From positions 88,288,001 through 88,352,000 of the forward strand of contig NC_091994.1 in assembly GCF_044704955.1 (NCBI RefSeq): 64,000 nucleotides of DNA. The letters are read 5' to 3'. Positions 10,652 to 24,194 of this stretch are shown here, piece by piece. The stretch is from Pristiophorus japonicus (Eukaryota). The translations under genes were made by a program, and so were the position numbers. The notes under the pieces are model-generated. The model was not told the DNA's origin. It ran no database searches and was given only the letters and a program-made list of their open reading frames with translations. The number at the start of each line of letters is the position of its first letter. Positions within the stretch are counted from its first letter, which is position 1.

Positions 10652-13600
10652 TGTCACGTATGTACTTTTGGGATCACTAGCCACTAGATGGTGTCGCTGT
10701 TGGAGGCCATTGGGCCCAAGCATAAAAGGCCAGACATTTTGTATAGTTGTCACTTTGGGCCTTAATAAAGCAGAGACAAGGTCATACCTCTTGGAGTTAA
10801 ATAGTACTCAGTCTAACAGTTATTACATACACAACATTTGGCGACGAGACAACAAGAACCTTTGCATGCAAAAATGAGCACATTTGGATTGTTGGAGCGA
10901 TTTGTGGAAGGTGAAGATTGGGCAGACTGTGTGAGCCATTTGAGCCAGTTCTTCATGGCCAACAAAATGGAGGAGATCGGTGAAGCAGATCAACGCCGGG
11001 CGGTGTTTCTCACGGTTTGCGGTCCAAAAATTTATGGTCTGATAAAGAATCTACTCCTGCCTGTAGGTCCAACAGAGAAGACATATGAAGAATTGTGTGC
11101 ACTGGTACAGGACCACCTTAAGCCAGACGAAGGCATCACCATCTCGAGATACAGATTTTACACACACGTTCGCTCAGAGGGCCAGAATGCGGCAGAATTC
11201 ATTGCTGACTTGAGATGTCTAGCGGGACCATGTAAGTTCGGGGCTGTGTTGGCAGACATGCTGCGGGACTTCTTTGTAATCGGCATCAATCACGAGGTCA
11301 TCCTGCGTAAACTACTGGTGGTGGAGACGTTGGACTTGAACAAGGCCATCACGATCGCTCAGTCATGCATGACGACGGATAGAAGTCTAAAGCAGATATT
11401 AGTGAAAAATTGAAACTCAGCAAGTGTAAATATGATTGATTCAGCATAGCGGCATATGACAGGGCCTACTCGACTGAGTACGTTAAACCTGTGGCTGCCC
11501 AAAGTCTGCCAGCGGGAATGCATCCGATTTCTCCGTGTTGGCATTGTGGGGGAAATCACCGGCACCAGCAATGCCGATTTAAGCAATATAGTTGCAAAGG
11601 CTGTGGGGCATCTCCTGCGCAAGTGTCCGCAGATGAGCAAGCGTGCTGCGACACACCACGTGAAGGATGATGGGTCAGACTAGCGCGGATCTGGATACGC
11701 AATACGAGATACCAGAGGAGGAAGTGTATGGGCTGTACTTGTTCCTAACCAAGAGCAAACCGATAATGATGAACGTGTAATTTAATGAGGTGCCGGTATC
11801 GATAGAACTGGACACGGGGGCGAGTCAATCAATAATGAGCCAGAGGGCATTCGACAAGCTGGGGGATACTAAGACTGTGAGGCCCAGGCTGAGTCCAGTC
11901 AATGCCAAGTTGCACACGTACACCAAAGAACTCATAACGGTGATTAAAGTGTCGTATGATGTTGCGGTTCATGAGTTACTGCTATGGATTGTCCCAGGCA
12001 ATGGCCCAATGCTGTTTGGCAGGAACTGGCTTGTAAAAATCAGATGTGATTGGAACGACATCAAAGTGTTATCGTTGGAGAAAGATACATGTGCCCAAGT
12101 ACTGAGCAAGTTCCCCTCGCTGTTTGAACCAGGCATCGGCAACTTCACAGGAGCCAAGGTGCAGATCCACGTGGACTCGGATGCAAGACCTGTCCATCAT
12201 AAAACTCGGGCAGTTCCGTAGATGATGAGGGAGAAGGTTGAAATCAAACTGGACAGACTCCAGCGTGAAGGGATCATATCACCGGTCGAATTTAATGAAT
12301 GGGCCAGCTCCATTGTTCCTGTGCTGAAAAGTGATGGCACAATCAGAATCTGTGGAGACTACAAGGCTACGATCAACAGCGTTTCGAAACAGGATCAATA
12401 CCCGTTACTGAAGGCTGATGACTTGTTTGCAATGCTAGCTGGGTGGAAGTCGTTCACCAAACTGGACTTGACGTTGGCCTGCATGACACAGGAGCTGGTC
12501 AAGACATTGAAGAGACTTACATACATTAACACGCATAAAGGACTGTTTATTTATCACAGGTGCCCTTTTGGAATTCACTCGGCTGCAGCAATATTTCAGA
12601 CGAACATGGAGAGTCTACTGAAGTCCGTTTCCAGAACCGTCGTGTTCCAAGATGAATTCCTGATCACAGGTCGTGACTCCGAGGAACATCTGAACAACCT
12701 GGAAGAGGTTCTACATGATTTGGACAAAGTGGGACTCAGATTGAAACGCTCAAAGTGCGTCTTCATGGCACCAGAGGTCGAATTCCTGGGGAGGAAAATT
12801 GCTGCTGACAACATCAGGCCCACGGATGCGAAAACCAAGGCCATCAAGAATGCACCCAAGCTGCAGAATGTGACGGAGCTGCGTTCGTTCCTGGGTCTAC
12901 TCAACTACTTCGGTAACTTCCTACCTAAATTGAGCACCTTATTAGAACCAGTGCACATGCTGCTAAGAAAAGGTGACAACTGGTTGTTGGGTGCGTCTCG
13001 ACAGAGCTTTTGAGAAAGCCACTAATCTGCTTTGTTGTAACAATCTGCTGGTACATTATGACCCATGTAAACGTTTAGAATTGGCCTGTGATGCTTCATC
13101 ATATGGAATTGTTTGCGTACTCCAACAAGGTAATGAGTCGGGTAACCAGTTGCATATGCTTCAAAAAGTTTGTCTAAAGCGGAAAGAGCCTACAGCATGA
13201 TAGAGAAAGAAGCACTAGCCTGTGTGTATGGGGTTAAAAAGATGCATCAGTACCTGTTTGGTCTTCGGTATGAACTGAAGACAGATCACAAGCCGTTCAT
13301 TTCACTGTTCTCTGAAAACAAAGATATCAATACCAATGCTTCATCCCGCATCCAGAGGTGGGCGCTGGCATTATCCACTTATGATTATGACATTCGCCAT
13401 AGACCTGACACCGAGAATTGTGCTGATGCTTTGAGCCGTCTGTCATTGCCCACACCGGAGGTGGAAACGCCACAACCGGTGGACCTATTGTTAGTTATGG
13501 ATGCTATTGAGAGTGAAGGAACCCCTATCGTGGCTCAACAAGCTAAGACCTGGACCAGCCAGGACCCGATTTTATCGGTGGTGAAGAGTTGCATCCTCAA

Positions 13601-14210
13601 AGTTGATTGACCTGCCATACTCAAGCAAATGTACGAGGAGACCAAACCCTACATTCGTCACAAAGACGAACTGTCTATTCAGTTGGATTGTACACTGTGA
13701 GGCAATCGTGTTGTTATGCCCAAGAAAGGGAGAGAGAAATTTGTACATGAGCTACATAGCACACATCCCGGCATTGTAATGATGTAAGCCATCGCCAGGT
13801 CTCATGTATGGTGGCCGGGAATTGACGCTGAGCTGGAATCATGTGTGCATCAGTGCAACACTTGCATGCAGCTTAGCAAAGCACCAGCGGAATCGCTGCT
13901 GAGTCTGTGGTCGTGGCCATCCAAACCATGGTCCAGGATCCACATAGATTTTACAGGTCCCTTCCTGGGGAAGATGTTTTTAGTTGTGGTGGATGCATAT
14001 TTGAAGTGGATAGAGTGTATAATCATGTCATCCAGCACATCCACAGCTACCATTGAGAATCTCAGTGTCATATTCGCGACACATGGTCTGCCTGACATTG
14101 TTGTTAGCGACAACGGCTCATGCTTCACCAGTCAGGAGTTTCAAGAGTTCATGAAACTCAATGGTATCAAACATGTAAGGTCAGCACTGTTCAAACCTGC
14201 ATCCAATGGG
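10652..14210 (+). mobile_element. Ty3/Gypsy LTR retrotransposon, 3'-truncated within integrase
   Basis: 5' LTR TGTCACG...CAACA 10652-10836; PBS TGGCGACGAG 10839-10848; gag, protease LDTGAS, RT, RNase H and integrase (HCC, D..D, SDNG) with many stops; no 3' LTR. Confidence 0.92.
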
Positions 14211-14379
14211 CTGTGTAAATGTACTCTTAAAGTTGCATACTCTGTTTTTTGTATCCTTTTGCAATAAAACAAAATGGAGTCCCGGTCCTGCCAGAAGTTT
14301 CTGCAGCAAACAGTCTGTTTGCATAAACATGCTAACCTTGACTGAAAGTGCTGACAGCTGATTAATAGCCACCAGACAA

Positions 14380-17264
14380 TGCGAGGAGTATTCAGAATAA
14401 GGTGGATGAATTAACTGCGCAGATAGCAGTTAACGGATATGATGTGATTGGCATCACGGAGACATGGCTCCAGGGTGACCAAGGCTGGGAACTCAACAGC
14501 CAAGGGTATTCAGCATTTAGGAAGGATAGACAGAAAGGAAAAGGAGGCCGGGTGGCGTTGCTGGTTAAAGAGGAAATTAATGCAATTGTAAGGAAGGACA
14601 TTAGCTTGGATGATGTGGAATCGGTATGGGTAGAGCTATGGAATACCAAAGGGCAGAAAACGCTAGTGGAAGTTGTGTATAGATCACCAAATGGTAGTCG
14701 TGAGGTTGGGGACAGCATCAAACAAGAAATAAGGGATGTGTGCAATAAAGGTACAGCAGTAATCATGGGCGACTTTAATCTACATATTGATTGGACTAAC
14801 CAAACTGGTAGCAATGCGGTGGAGGAGGATTTCCTGGAGTGTATTAGGGATGGTTTTATGGACCAATATGTCGAGGAACCAACCAGAGAGCTGTCCATCC
14901 TAGACTGGGTGATGTGTAATGAGAAGGGACTAATTAGCAATCTTGTTGTGCGAGGCCCCTTGGGGAAGAGTGACCATAATATGGTAGAATTCTTTATTAA
15001 GATGGAGAGTGACAAAGTTAATTCAGAAACTAGGGTCCCGAACTTAAGGAAAGGTGACTTTGATGGTATGAGGCGCGAATTGGTTAGATTAGACTGGCAA
15101 ATGATACTTAAAAGGTTGATGGTGGATAGGCAATGGCAAACCTTTAAAGATCATATGGATGAACTTCAACAATTGTACATCCCTGTCTGGAGTAAAAATA
15201 AAACGGGGAACGTGGCTCAACCGTGGCTAACAAGGGAAATTAAGGATAGTGTTAAATCCAAGGAAGAGGCATACAAATTAGCCAGAAAAAGTAGCAAGCC
15301 GGAGGACTGGGAGAAATATAGAATACAACAGAGGAGGACAAAGGGTTTAATTAGGAGGGGGAAAATAGAGTACGAGAGGAAGCTTGCCGGAAACATAAAA
15401 AATGACTGCAAAAGCTTCTATAGATATGTGAAGAGAAAAAGATTAATGAAGACAAACGTAGGTCCCTTGCAGTTGGATTTGGGTGAATTTATAATGGGGA
15501 GCAAAGAAATGGCAGACCAATTGAACAAGTACTTTGGTTCTGTCTTCACAAAGGAAGACACAAATAACCTTCCTGATGTACTAGGGGTCCGAAGGTCCAG
15601 TGAGAAGGAGGAACTGAAGGATATCCTTATTAGGTGGGAAATTGTGTTAGGGAAATTGACGGGATTGAAGGCCGATAAATCCCCGGGGCCTGATAGTCTG
15701 CATCCCAGAGTACGTAAGGAAGTGGCCCTAGAAATAGTGGATGCATTGTGATCATTTGCCAATAGTGTATCGACTCTGGATCAGTTCCTACGGACTGGAG
15801 GGTAGCTAATGTAACACCACTTTTTAAAAAGGGAGGGAGAGAGAAAACGGGTAATTATAGACCAGTTAGCCTGACATCAGTAGTGGGGAAAATGTTGGAA
15901 TCAATTATTAAGGATGAAATAGCAGCGCATTTGTAAAGCAGTGACAGGATCGGACCAAGTCAGCATGGATTTATGAAGGGGAAATCATGCTTGACAAATC
16001 TTCAGGAATTTTTGAGGATGTAACTAGTAGAGTGGACAAGAGAGAACCAGTGGATATGGTGTATTTGGACTTTGAAAAGGCTTTTGACAAGGTCCCACAC
16101 AAGAGATTGGTGTGCAAAATCAAAGCACATGGTATTGGGGGTAATGTACTGGCATGGATAGAGAACTGCTTGGCAGACAGGAAGCAGAGAGTCGGGATAA
16201 ACGGGTCCTTTTCAGAATGGCAGGCAGTGACTAGTGGAGTGCCGCAGGGCTGTGCTGGGACCCCAGCTCTTTACACTATACATCAATGACTTGGATGAAG
16301 GAATTGAGTGTAATATCTCCAAGTTTGCAGATGACACTAAACTGGGTGGCAGTGTGAGCTGTGAGGTGGACGCGAGGAGGCTGCAAGGTGACTTGGACAG
16401 GTTATGTGAATGGGCAAATGCATGGCAGATGCAGTATAATGTGAATAAATGTGAGGTTATCCACTTTGGGGGCAAAAACGCGAAGACAGAATAGTATCTG
16501 AATTGCGGCAGATTAGGAAAAGGGGAGGTGCAACGAGACCTGGGTGTCATGGTTCATTAGTCATTGAAAGTTGGCATACAGGTACAGCAGGCGGTGAAGA
16601 AGGCAAATGGTATGTTGGCCTTCATAGCTGTGGGATTTGAGTATAGGAGCAGGGAGGTCTTTATTTCAGTTGTACAGGGCCTTGTTGAGGCCTCACCTGA
16701 AATATTGTGTTCAGTTTTGGTATCCTAATCTGAGGAAGGACGTTCTTGCTATTGATGGTGCAGCGAAGGTTCATCAGACTGATTCCCAGGATGGCAGGAC
16801 TGACATATGAGGAGAGACTGGATCAACTGGGCCTTTATACATTGGAGTTTAGAAGGATGAGAGGGGATCTCATAGAAACATCTAAGATTCTGACGGGACG
16901 GGACAGGTTAGATGCGGGTAGAATGTTCCCGATGTTGGGGAAGTCCAGAACCAGGGGACACAATCTTAGGATAAGGGGTAGGCCATTTAGGACTGAGATG
17001 AGGAAAAACTTCTTTACTCAGAGAGTTGTTAACATGTGGAATTCCCTGCCGCAGAGAGTTGTTGATGCCAGTTCATTGGATATATTCAAGAGGGAGTTAG
17101 ATATGGCCCTTACAGCTAAGTGGATCAAGGGGTATAGAGGGAAAGCAGGAAAGGGGTACTGAGGGAATGATCAGCCATGATCTTATTGAATGGTGGTGCA
17201 GGTTCAAAGGGCCGAATGGCCTTCTCCTGCACCTATTTTTCTATGTTTCTTTCTATGTTTCTAT
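14380..17264 (+). mobile_element. CR1 LINE, 5'-truncated (ORF2 APE-RT, disrupted)
   Basis: GITETW, MGDFN, SDHN, SPGPD and FADD motifs; 3' hairpin and (TTTCTATG)n tail. Confidence 0.95.
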
Positions 17265-18033
17265 CTGCTTCGTGCTTTTCTGTGTGGACATGCAAGCTTG
17301 GGCGATGGTGATGCCCTTGCTGAGGTCCGACGTCTCCGCAGCCAGCAGCTTACTTAAGATCGCTTCATGGTTGACCACGATCACGAAAAGGTCACGCAGT
17401 ATGTCTTCCAATGCAGGCCCAAATTTGCAAGGCCCTGCAAGATGTCTCAGGTCAGCAACAAATGCTGCTACGTCCTGGCTTCAGAACAAACGTGCGTAGA
17501 GAAGCGATATCTGGATATGAGTATTACTTCAGTGGGATTAAGGTATTCCCGAACTAGAGCACACAGTTCTTTGTAATCCTTTTCTGTAGGAAGAGTGGGT
17601 GAGAGCAGATTCTTAATGAGTGCATAGATCGTGGTGAGAAGAACTGCCCTGCGCTTCTCTGCATCCTCGTCTTTGTTTAGGGCATTTGCCACGAAATACT
17701 GGCCAAGACGATCCGTGAAATCTCCTCAATCCTCTCCCTCATTGAATCTCTCAAGAATTCCAACAATACTCGATCATGCTGTGCTTGCCATACTTTTGCG
17801 TGGGTTTGTATTTGCCTTGTCGCCAGTTGTAGTGTATGAAATTATACAGTGAACTCCGTACTGTGAGCCAGTGACTAGGTGTAACCTGGTCAGTCTTTAA
17901 TGGCTTGCAGAAGTGAATATACAAAGGTGAAGTTCAGGTTATATACTGGGCCCAGCACGAGTGTACCTATGACCTTGGACCTCCGACGGTAGTGCCCCCT
18001 GGTGGTGGGCAGACCTTATGTACATACATTACA
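17265..18033 (-). mobile_element. Gypsy 5' LTR + PBS + gag fragment
   Basis: LTR 17828-18033 (TGTA...TACA); PBS TGGCGACAAG; gag similar to 10854-11413. Confidence 0.85.
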
Positions 18034-18358
18034 CCCAGGAGAGGCATGAGTTCAGGGACAGGGGCCCAGGAGCAGCACGGACCAGCCCACACAGCGATAT
18101 GTGTGCGCACTAGGTCCTTGCAGCAGAACAGGTCTCCAGTCGTCTTGGATAACCCTTGCTACTGGACCAAGACCTAGCTCTGTCAAGCTCGTGTGGTGGT
18201 TGGTGTGCAATGGCCACCACACATTAAAAAAATCCATGCACAGGCATCTTGCACCCTTCAGGATGTAGTTCGGGTCCTTCATTGAAACACCTGTGAACTC
18301 ATCCTTTTTTGGCGTGGAAGCAAGTCATCCTCATTTCGAGGGACTGCCTATGATGATG
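18034..18358 (+). mobile_element. Non-autonomous retroposon with RTE 3' tail
   Basis: Ends GGAAGCAAGTCATCCTC..GAGGGACTGCCTATGATGATG, matching the 3' end of the RTE at 59619-60444. Confidence 0.8.
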
Positions 18359-18964
18359 GTAATACATTCCCAGAGTGCAAAGGTGCAGGAACAGCTCCCT
18401 GGATTTATTTTGCTGGCACAGGTGCCCTTAACCCGACAGCAAATTCCTAAGCTGCTCTTATATTCTGTTTGTGCTGTGCTAGTGCCCTTGGCTTTTACTG
18501 TGTGGTTGGTGGTATAGCCAGCGACAACCTAAAGTAAACCTGTCAGATTCGCTAAGATCAACTGTGGGGAAGATGTGACAAAAAAATATCAGAGTGAGAA
18601 AAGTGGTTTTGCCATCAGTTGCACTCCTGTAACGTAAAACGGCCGCAAATATTATTAAACATACCCACGCTGCATTTTGTTCCTGAATAATTCAAAAGGG
18701 GCTCCCCGAGTTAAAACCCTATACTAATCACCAATGTATCTATCTTTCTCTCCTATTAATATACATTGTGTAACACTATTAATTACAAACATGGCCCTAT
18801 GTTTGGTTGAACCAGTCCCTTGATTCCTTGTGAGCCTCATCGATTTGGCTCAATTTAAAATTTGCTGATAATGATTTTAAAAATTAAGATAATTCAACTC
18901 TGCTCACAATGTTTATTTTATTTAATTTTTTTTTGCAGTGTTACAGAAACACAATGAAAGGCAC

Positions 18965-19208
18965 ACAGGGTTAGATTGATCCACAGGCACTCAGTGATCT
19001 ACAGGGCACAGTGACCCACTGTTTAGGCAGGGTTAGTGATCCACAGTGTACGGAGTGATCCACAGTGCAGGCAGTGATCCATAGGATACACAGAGACCCA
19101 CAGTGTAGGCAGGGTTAGTGATTCACAGTGTAGGCAGGGTTAGAGTGATCCTCTAGGCCAGTTCAGCCTGTCCAGGTGTGACAAGATTCAGTGTTGAGAC
19201 ACTGGGAT
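18965..19208. repeat. Degenerate minisatellite (GTGATCCACAGTGTAGGCAGGGTTA-like) flanked by 15-bp direct repeats
   Basis: CACAATGAAAGGCAC at 18950-18964 and 19209-19223. Confidence 0.7.
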
Positions 19209-19523
19209 CACAATGAAAGGCACTTTCACCAGGACATCAAATGATCTAGATGCTAGCACACAATTCAAATCAACTATCTATGCATGGTTTGGAACAGGAG
19301 ACTCGGGAGCATTGTACTTGTATTATAGATTCCATTCCATGGTTTGGATTGATACAGTCTTGGTCAAACTCATTGATTTCCATTATTGAGAGTCAGGAGC
19401 CCATGCTCTAACATTGCAGCTGTGAAGTATTCATCACTTGACTTCAGCAAGCAACCGACACTTTAACTCAAAGATTGTTAATGGATAAATGTGCAAAGCC
19501 ATTGCTATACAGCTCTTTCTAAT

Positions 19524-22500
19524 GGTATACTGCTTTGAGTACTGTTGAGGGGGATGACTCATCAGGGGAGGGCAGCAGCAACCAAGTTCATGGCACCATG
19601 GCTGACTCTGTTGCACAGGAGGGCAGGAAAAAGAGTGGGAGAGCGATAGTGATAGGGGATTCAATCGTAAGGGGAATAGATAGGCGTTTCTGCGGCCGCA
19701 ACCGAGACTCCAGGATGGTATATTGCCTCCCTGGTGCAAGGGTCAAGGATGACTCTGAGCGGGTGCAGGACATTCTAAAAAGGGAGGGAGAACAGCCAGT
19801 GTCGTGGTGCACATTGGTACCAACGACATAGGTAAAAAAAGGGATGAGGTCCTACGAAACGAATTTAAGGAGCTAGGAGCTAAATTAAAAAGTAGGACCT
19901 CAAAAGTAGTAATCTCGGGATTGCTACCAGTGCCACGTGCTAGTCAGAGTAGGAATCGCAGGATAGCGCAGATGAATACGTGGCTTGAACAGTGATGCAT
20001 CAGGGAGGGATTCAAATTCGTGGGGCATTGGACCGGTTCTGGGGGAGGTGGGACCAGTACAAAGCGGACGGTCTGCACCTGGGCAGGACTGGAACCAATG
20101 TCCTAGGGGGAGTGTTTGCTAGTGCTGTTGGGGAGGAGTTAAACTAATATGGCAGGAGGATGGGAACCAATGCAGGGAGACAGGGGGAAACAAAAAGGAG
20201 ACAAAAGCAAAAGACAGAAAGGAGATGAGGAAAAGTGGAGGGCAGAGAAACCCAAGACAAAAAACAAAAAGGGCCACTGTACAGCAAAATTCTAAAAGGA
20301 CAAAGGGTGTTAAAAAAACAAGCCTGAAGGCTTTGTGTCTTAATGCAAGGAGTATCCGTAATAAGGTGGATGACAGATGTGCAATAGATGTTAACAAATA
20401 TGATGTGATTGGGATTACGGAGACGTGGCTCCAGGATGATCAGGGCTGGGAACTCACCATCCTGGAGTATTCAACATTCAGGAAGGATAGAATAAAAGGA
20501 AAAGGAGGTGAGGTAGCATTGCTGGTTAAAGAGGAGATTAATGCTATAGTTAGAATGGACATTAGCTTGGATTATGTGGAATCTATATGGGTAGAGCTAC
20601 AGAACACCAAAGGGCAAAAAACGTTAATGGTAGTTGTGTACAGACCTCCAAACAGTAGTAGTGATGTTGGGGAGGGCATCAAACATGAAATTAGGGGTGC
20701 ATGCAATAAGGGTACAGCAGTTATAATGGGTGACTTTAATATGCACATAGATTGGGCTAACCAAACTGGAAACAATACGGTGGAGGAGGATTTCCTGGAG
20801 TGCATAAGGGATGGTTTTCTAGACCAATATGTCGAGGAACCAACTAGGGGGGAGGCCATCTTGGACTGGGTGTTGTGTAATGAGAGAGGATTAACCATGG
20901 TCCAGAACTTAAAGAAGGGTAACTTTGAAGGTATGAGGCATGAATTGGCTAGGATTGATTGGCGAATGATACTTAAGGGGTTGACTGTGGATGGGCAATG
21001 GCAGACATTTAGAGACCGCATGGATGAACTACAACAATTGTACATTCCTATCTGTCGTAAAAATAAAAAAGGGAAGGTGGCTCGACCGTGGCTATCAAGG
21101 GAAATCAGGGATAGTATTAAAGCCGAGGAAGTGGCATACAAATTGGGCAGAAATAGCAGTGAACCCGGAGACTGGGAGAAATTTAGAACTCAGCAGAGGG
21201 TTTGATTAGGGCAGGGAAAATGGAGTACGAGAAGAAGCTTGCAGGGAACATTAAGATGGATTGCAAAAGTTTCTATAGATATGTAAAGAGAAAAAGGTTA
21301 GTAAAGACAAATGTAGGTCCCCTGCAGTCAGAATCAGGGGAAGTCATAATGGGGAACAAAGAAATGGCGGACCAATTGAACAAGTACTTTGGTTCGGTAT
21401 TTACTAAGGAGGACACTAACAACCTTCCGGATATAAGAGGGGTCAGAGGGTCTAGTAAGGAGAAGGAACTGAGGGAAATCCTTATTAGTCGGGAAATTGT
21501 GTTGGGGAAATTAATGGGATTGAAGGCCGATAAATCCCCAGGGCCTGATGGATTGCATCCCAGAGTACTTAAGGAGGTGGCCTTGGAAATAGCGGATGCA
21601 TTGACAGTCATTTTCCAACATTCCATTGACTCTGGATCAGTTCCTATCGAGTGGAGGGTAGCCAATGCAAGCCCACTTTTTAAAAAAGGAGGGAGAGAGA
21701 AAACAGGGAATTATAGACCGGTCAGCCTGACATCGGTAGTGGATAAGATGATGGAATCAATTATTAAGGATGTCATAGCAGTGCATTTGGAAAGAGGTGA
21801 TATGATAGGTCCAAGTCAGCATGGATTTGTGAAAGGTAAATCATACTTGACAAATCTTTTGGAATTTTTTGAGAATGTTTCCAGTAGAGTGGACAAGGGA
21901 GAACCAGTTGATGTTGTATATTTGGACTTTCAGAAGGCTTTCGACAAGGTCCCACACAAGAGATTAATGTGCAAAGTTAAAGCACATGGGATTGGGGGTA
22001 GTGTGCTGACATGGATTGAGAACTGGTTGTTAGACAGGAAGCAAAGAGTAGGAGTAAATGGGTACTTTTCAGAATGGCAGGCGGTGACTAGTGGGGTACC
22101 GCAAGGTTCTGTGCTGGGGCCCCAGCTGTTTACATTGTACATTAATGATTTAGACGAGGGGATTAAATGTAGTATCTCCAAATTTGCGGATGACACTAAG
22201 TTGGGTGGCAGTGTGAGCTGCGAGGAGGATGCTATGAGGCTGCAGAGCGACTTGGATAGGTTAGGTGAGTGGGCAAATGCATGGCAGATGAAGTATAATG
22301 TGGATAAATGTGAGGTTATCCACTTTGGTGGTAAAAACGGAGAGACAGACTATTATCTGAATGGTGACAGATTAGGAAAAAGGGAGGTGCAATGAGACCT
22401 GGGTGTCATGGTACATCATTGAAGGTTGGCATGCAGCTACAGCAGGCGGTTAAGAAAGCAAATGGCATGTTAGCCTTCATAGCGAGGGGATTTGAGTACA

Positions 22501-23118
22501 GGGGCAGGGAGGTGTTGCTACAGTTGTACAGGGCATTGGTGAGGCCACACCTGGAGTATTGTGTACAGTTTTGGTCTCCTAACCTGAGGAAGGACATTCT
22601 TGCTATTGAGGGAGTGCAGCGAAGGTTCACCAGGCTGATTCCCGGGATGGTGGGACTGACCTATCAAGAAAGACTGGATCAACTGGGCTTGTATTCACTG
22701 GAGTTCAGAAGAATGAGAGGGGACTTAATAGAAACGTTTAAAATTCTGATGGGTTCAGACAGGTTAGATGAAGGAAGAATGTTCCCAATGTTGGGGAAGT
22801 CCAGAACCAGGGGTCACAGTCTAAGGATAAGGGGTAAGCCATTTAGGACCGAGATGAGGAGAAACTTCTTCACCCAGAGAGTGGTGAACCTGTGGAATTC
22901 TCTACCACAGAAAGTTGTTGAGGCCAATTCACTAAATATATTCAAAAATGAGTTAGATGTAGTCCTTACTACTAGGGGGATCAAGGGGTATGGTGAGAAA
23001 GCAGGAGTGGGGTACTGAGGTTGCATGTTCAGTCATGAACTCATTGAATGGCGGTGCAGGCTAGAAGGGCCGAATGGCCTACTCCTGCACCTATTTTCTA
23101 TGTTTCTATGTTTCTATA
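19524..23118 (+). mobile_element. CR1 LINE, truncated within ORF1; ORF2 with internal deletions and frameshifts
   Basis: Esterase ORF1 remnant, APE and RT (FADD); (TTTCTATG)n tail; deletion near 20894 relative to the 34785-39121 copy. Confidence 0.95.
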
Positions 23119-23234
23119 TTTGAGTCAGTGCATGAGGACCCTTCACAGGCAGGTGCAGATCCTATTCTGTGAGCACAGCCACAACGTAATTTAACCACAG
23201 AACACTCGGGAGTCTGATTTTAATCCATTTCCAC

Positions 23235-23625
23235 TAATTTTTCCCCCATCTCCCCAGAAGGTGCCAACTCGCTGTGATGATGGTTCCACAGGTGCCAGTC
23301 ACCCTCCAGGACCACACCCAAGTGACCATTCTTCATGCAGGAAGCTAGACAGTTGATATCAGTATTCAATTGTGGGGAGTATTACAACCAAGCTTAATTC
23401 TGTCGTCACCCAATGTGCACACACCAGTACTTTCCATCAAGAGTCACTGAATACTAATCAGGAGTGGGAACCTGGGCAGATATTTCCTCCCCTCCCTAAC
23501 CCAGGGGTACTGAGGCTAACTGTAGTACCCAACTGCTAACCCAAAGTAAATCAGCTGTCTCAACACAGACAGGGAATTGAACCAGAGACCTTCTGGTCTG
23601 TAAGACTAGTATCACACTGGGCAGG
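23235..23625 (-). mobile_element. Old tRNA-derived SINE, family B (unassigned)
   Basis: B-box-like GGTTCAATTCC on the minus strand; body similar to four other loci in this window. Confidence 0.6.
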
Positions 23626-23774
23626 GAGTCTGACCCATTAATACAACAAAATAGTGATGAAGGAAAATCAACACATGTGGGTGACACATGCTGCTGGTAC
23701 TGTGTCTGAACAGGAGAATCACATCACATCCATCCTGAGCAGACTCTTCAATAACTGACCAACAACAACTTTCA

Positions 23775-24194
23775 GCGAGTGATTCTGTGCTGAAAGGGTT
23801 AAATTACGTGAACAGGTTGCATGGACTAGGCTTGTATTCCCTTGAGTATAGAAGATTGAGGGGTGATCTAATTAAAGGAGTTGACAAGGTAGATAGAGAG
23901 AAACTATTTCCTCTTGTGGGAGAGTCCAACAAAAGGTGGCATAAACTTAAAATTAGAGCTAGGCCGTTCAGGGGTGATGTCAGGAAGCACTTCTTCACTC
24001 AAAGGGAAATCTGGAACTCTCTCCCTCAAAAAGCTGTGAGGCTGGGAGCCAATTGAAAATGTCAAAACTGAGATTGATATGTTTTTGTTCGGTATGGATA
24101 TTGAGGGATATGGAGTTAAGGCACAAATCAGCCATGATCTAATTAAATGGCGGGACAGGCTCGAGGGGCTGAATGGCCTACTCCTGTTCCTATG
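23775..24194 (+). mobile_element. CR1 3' fragment
   Basis: LGLYSLE.RRLRGDLI and WNSLP motifs; 3' hairpin GGGCTGAATGGCCT. Confidence 0.85.

Noticed and set aside
14392-15762. Antisense ORFs over CR1 and Gypsy coding regions (here and elsewhere)
   Set aside because: They are recurrent shadows of the retroelement reading frames, not independent genes.
18915-18940. Plus-strand splice acceptor (T-rich tract + GCAG)
   Set aside because: No downstream exon or donor could be supported.
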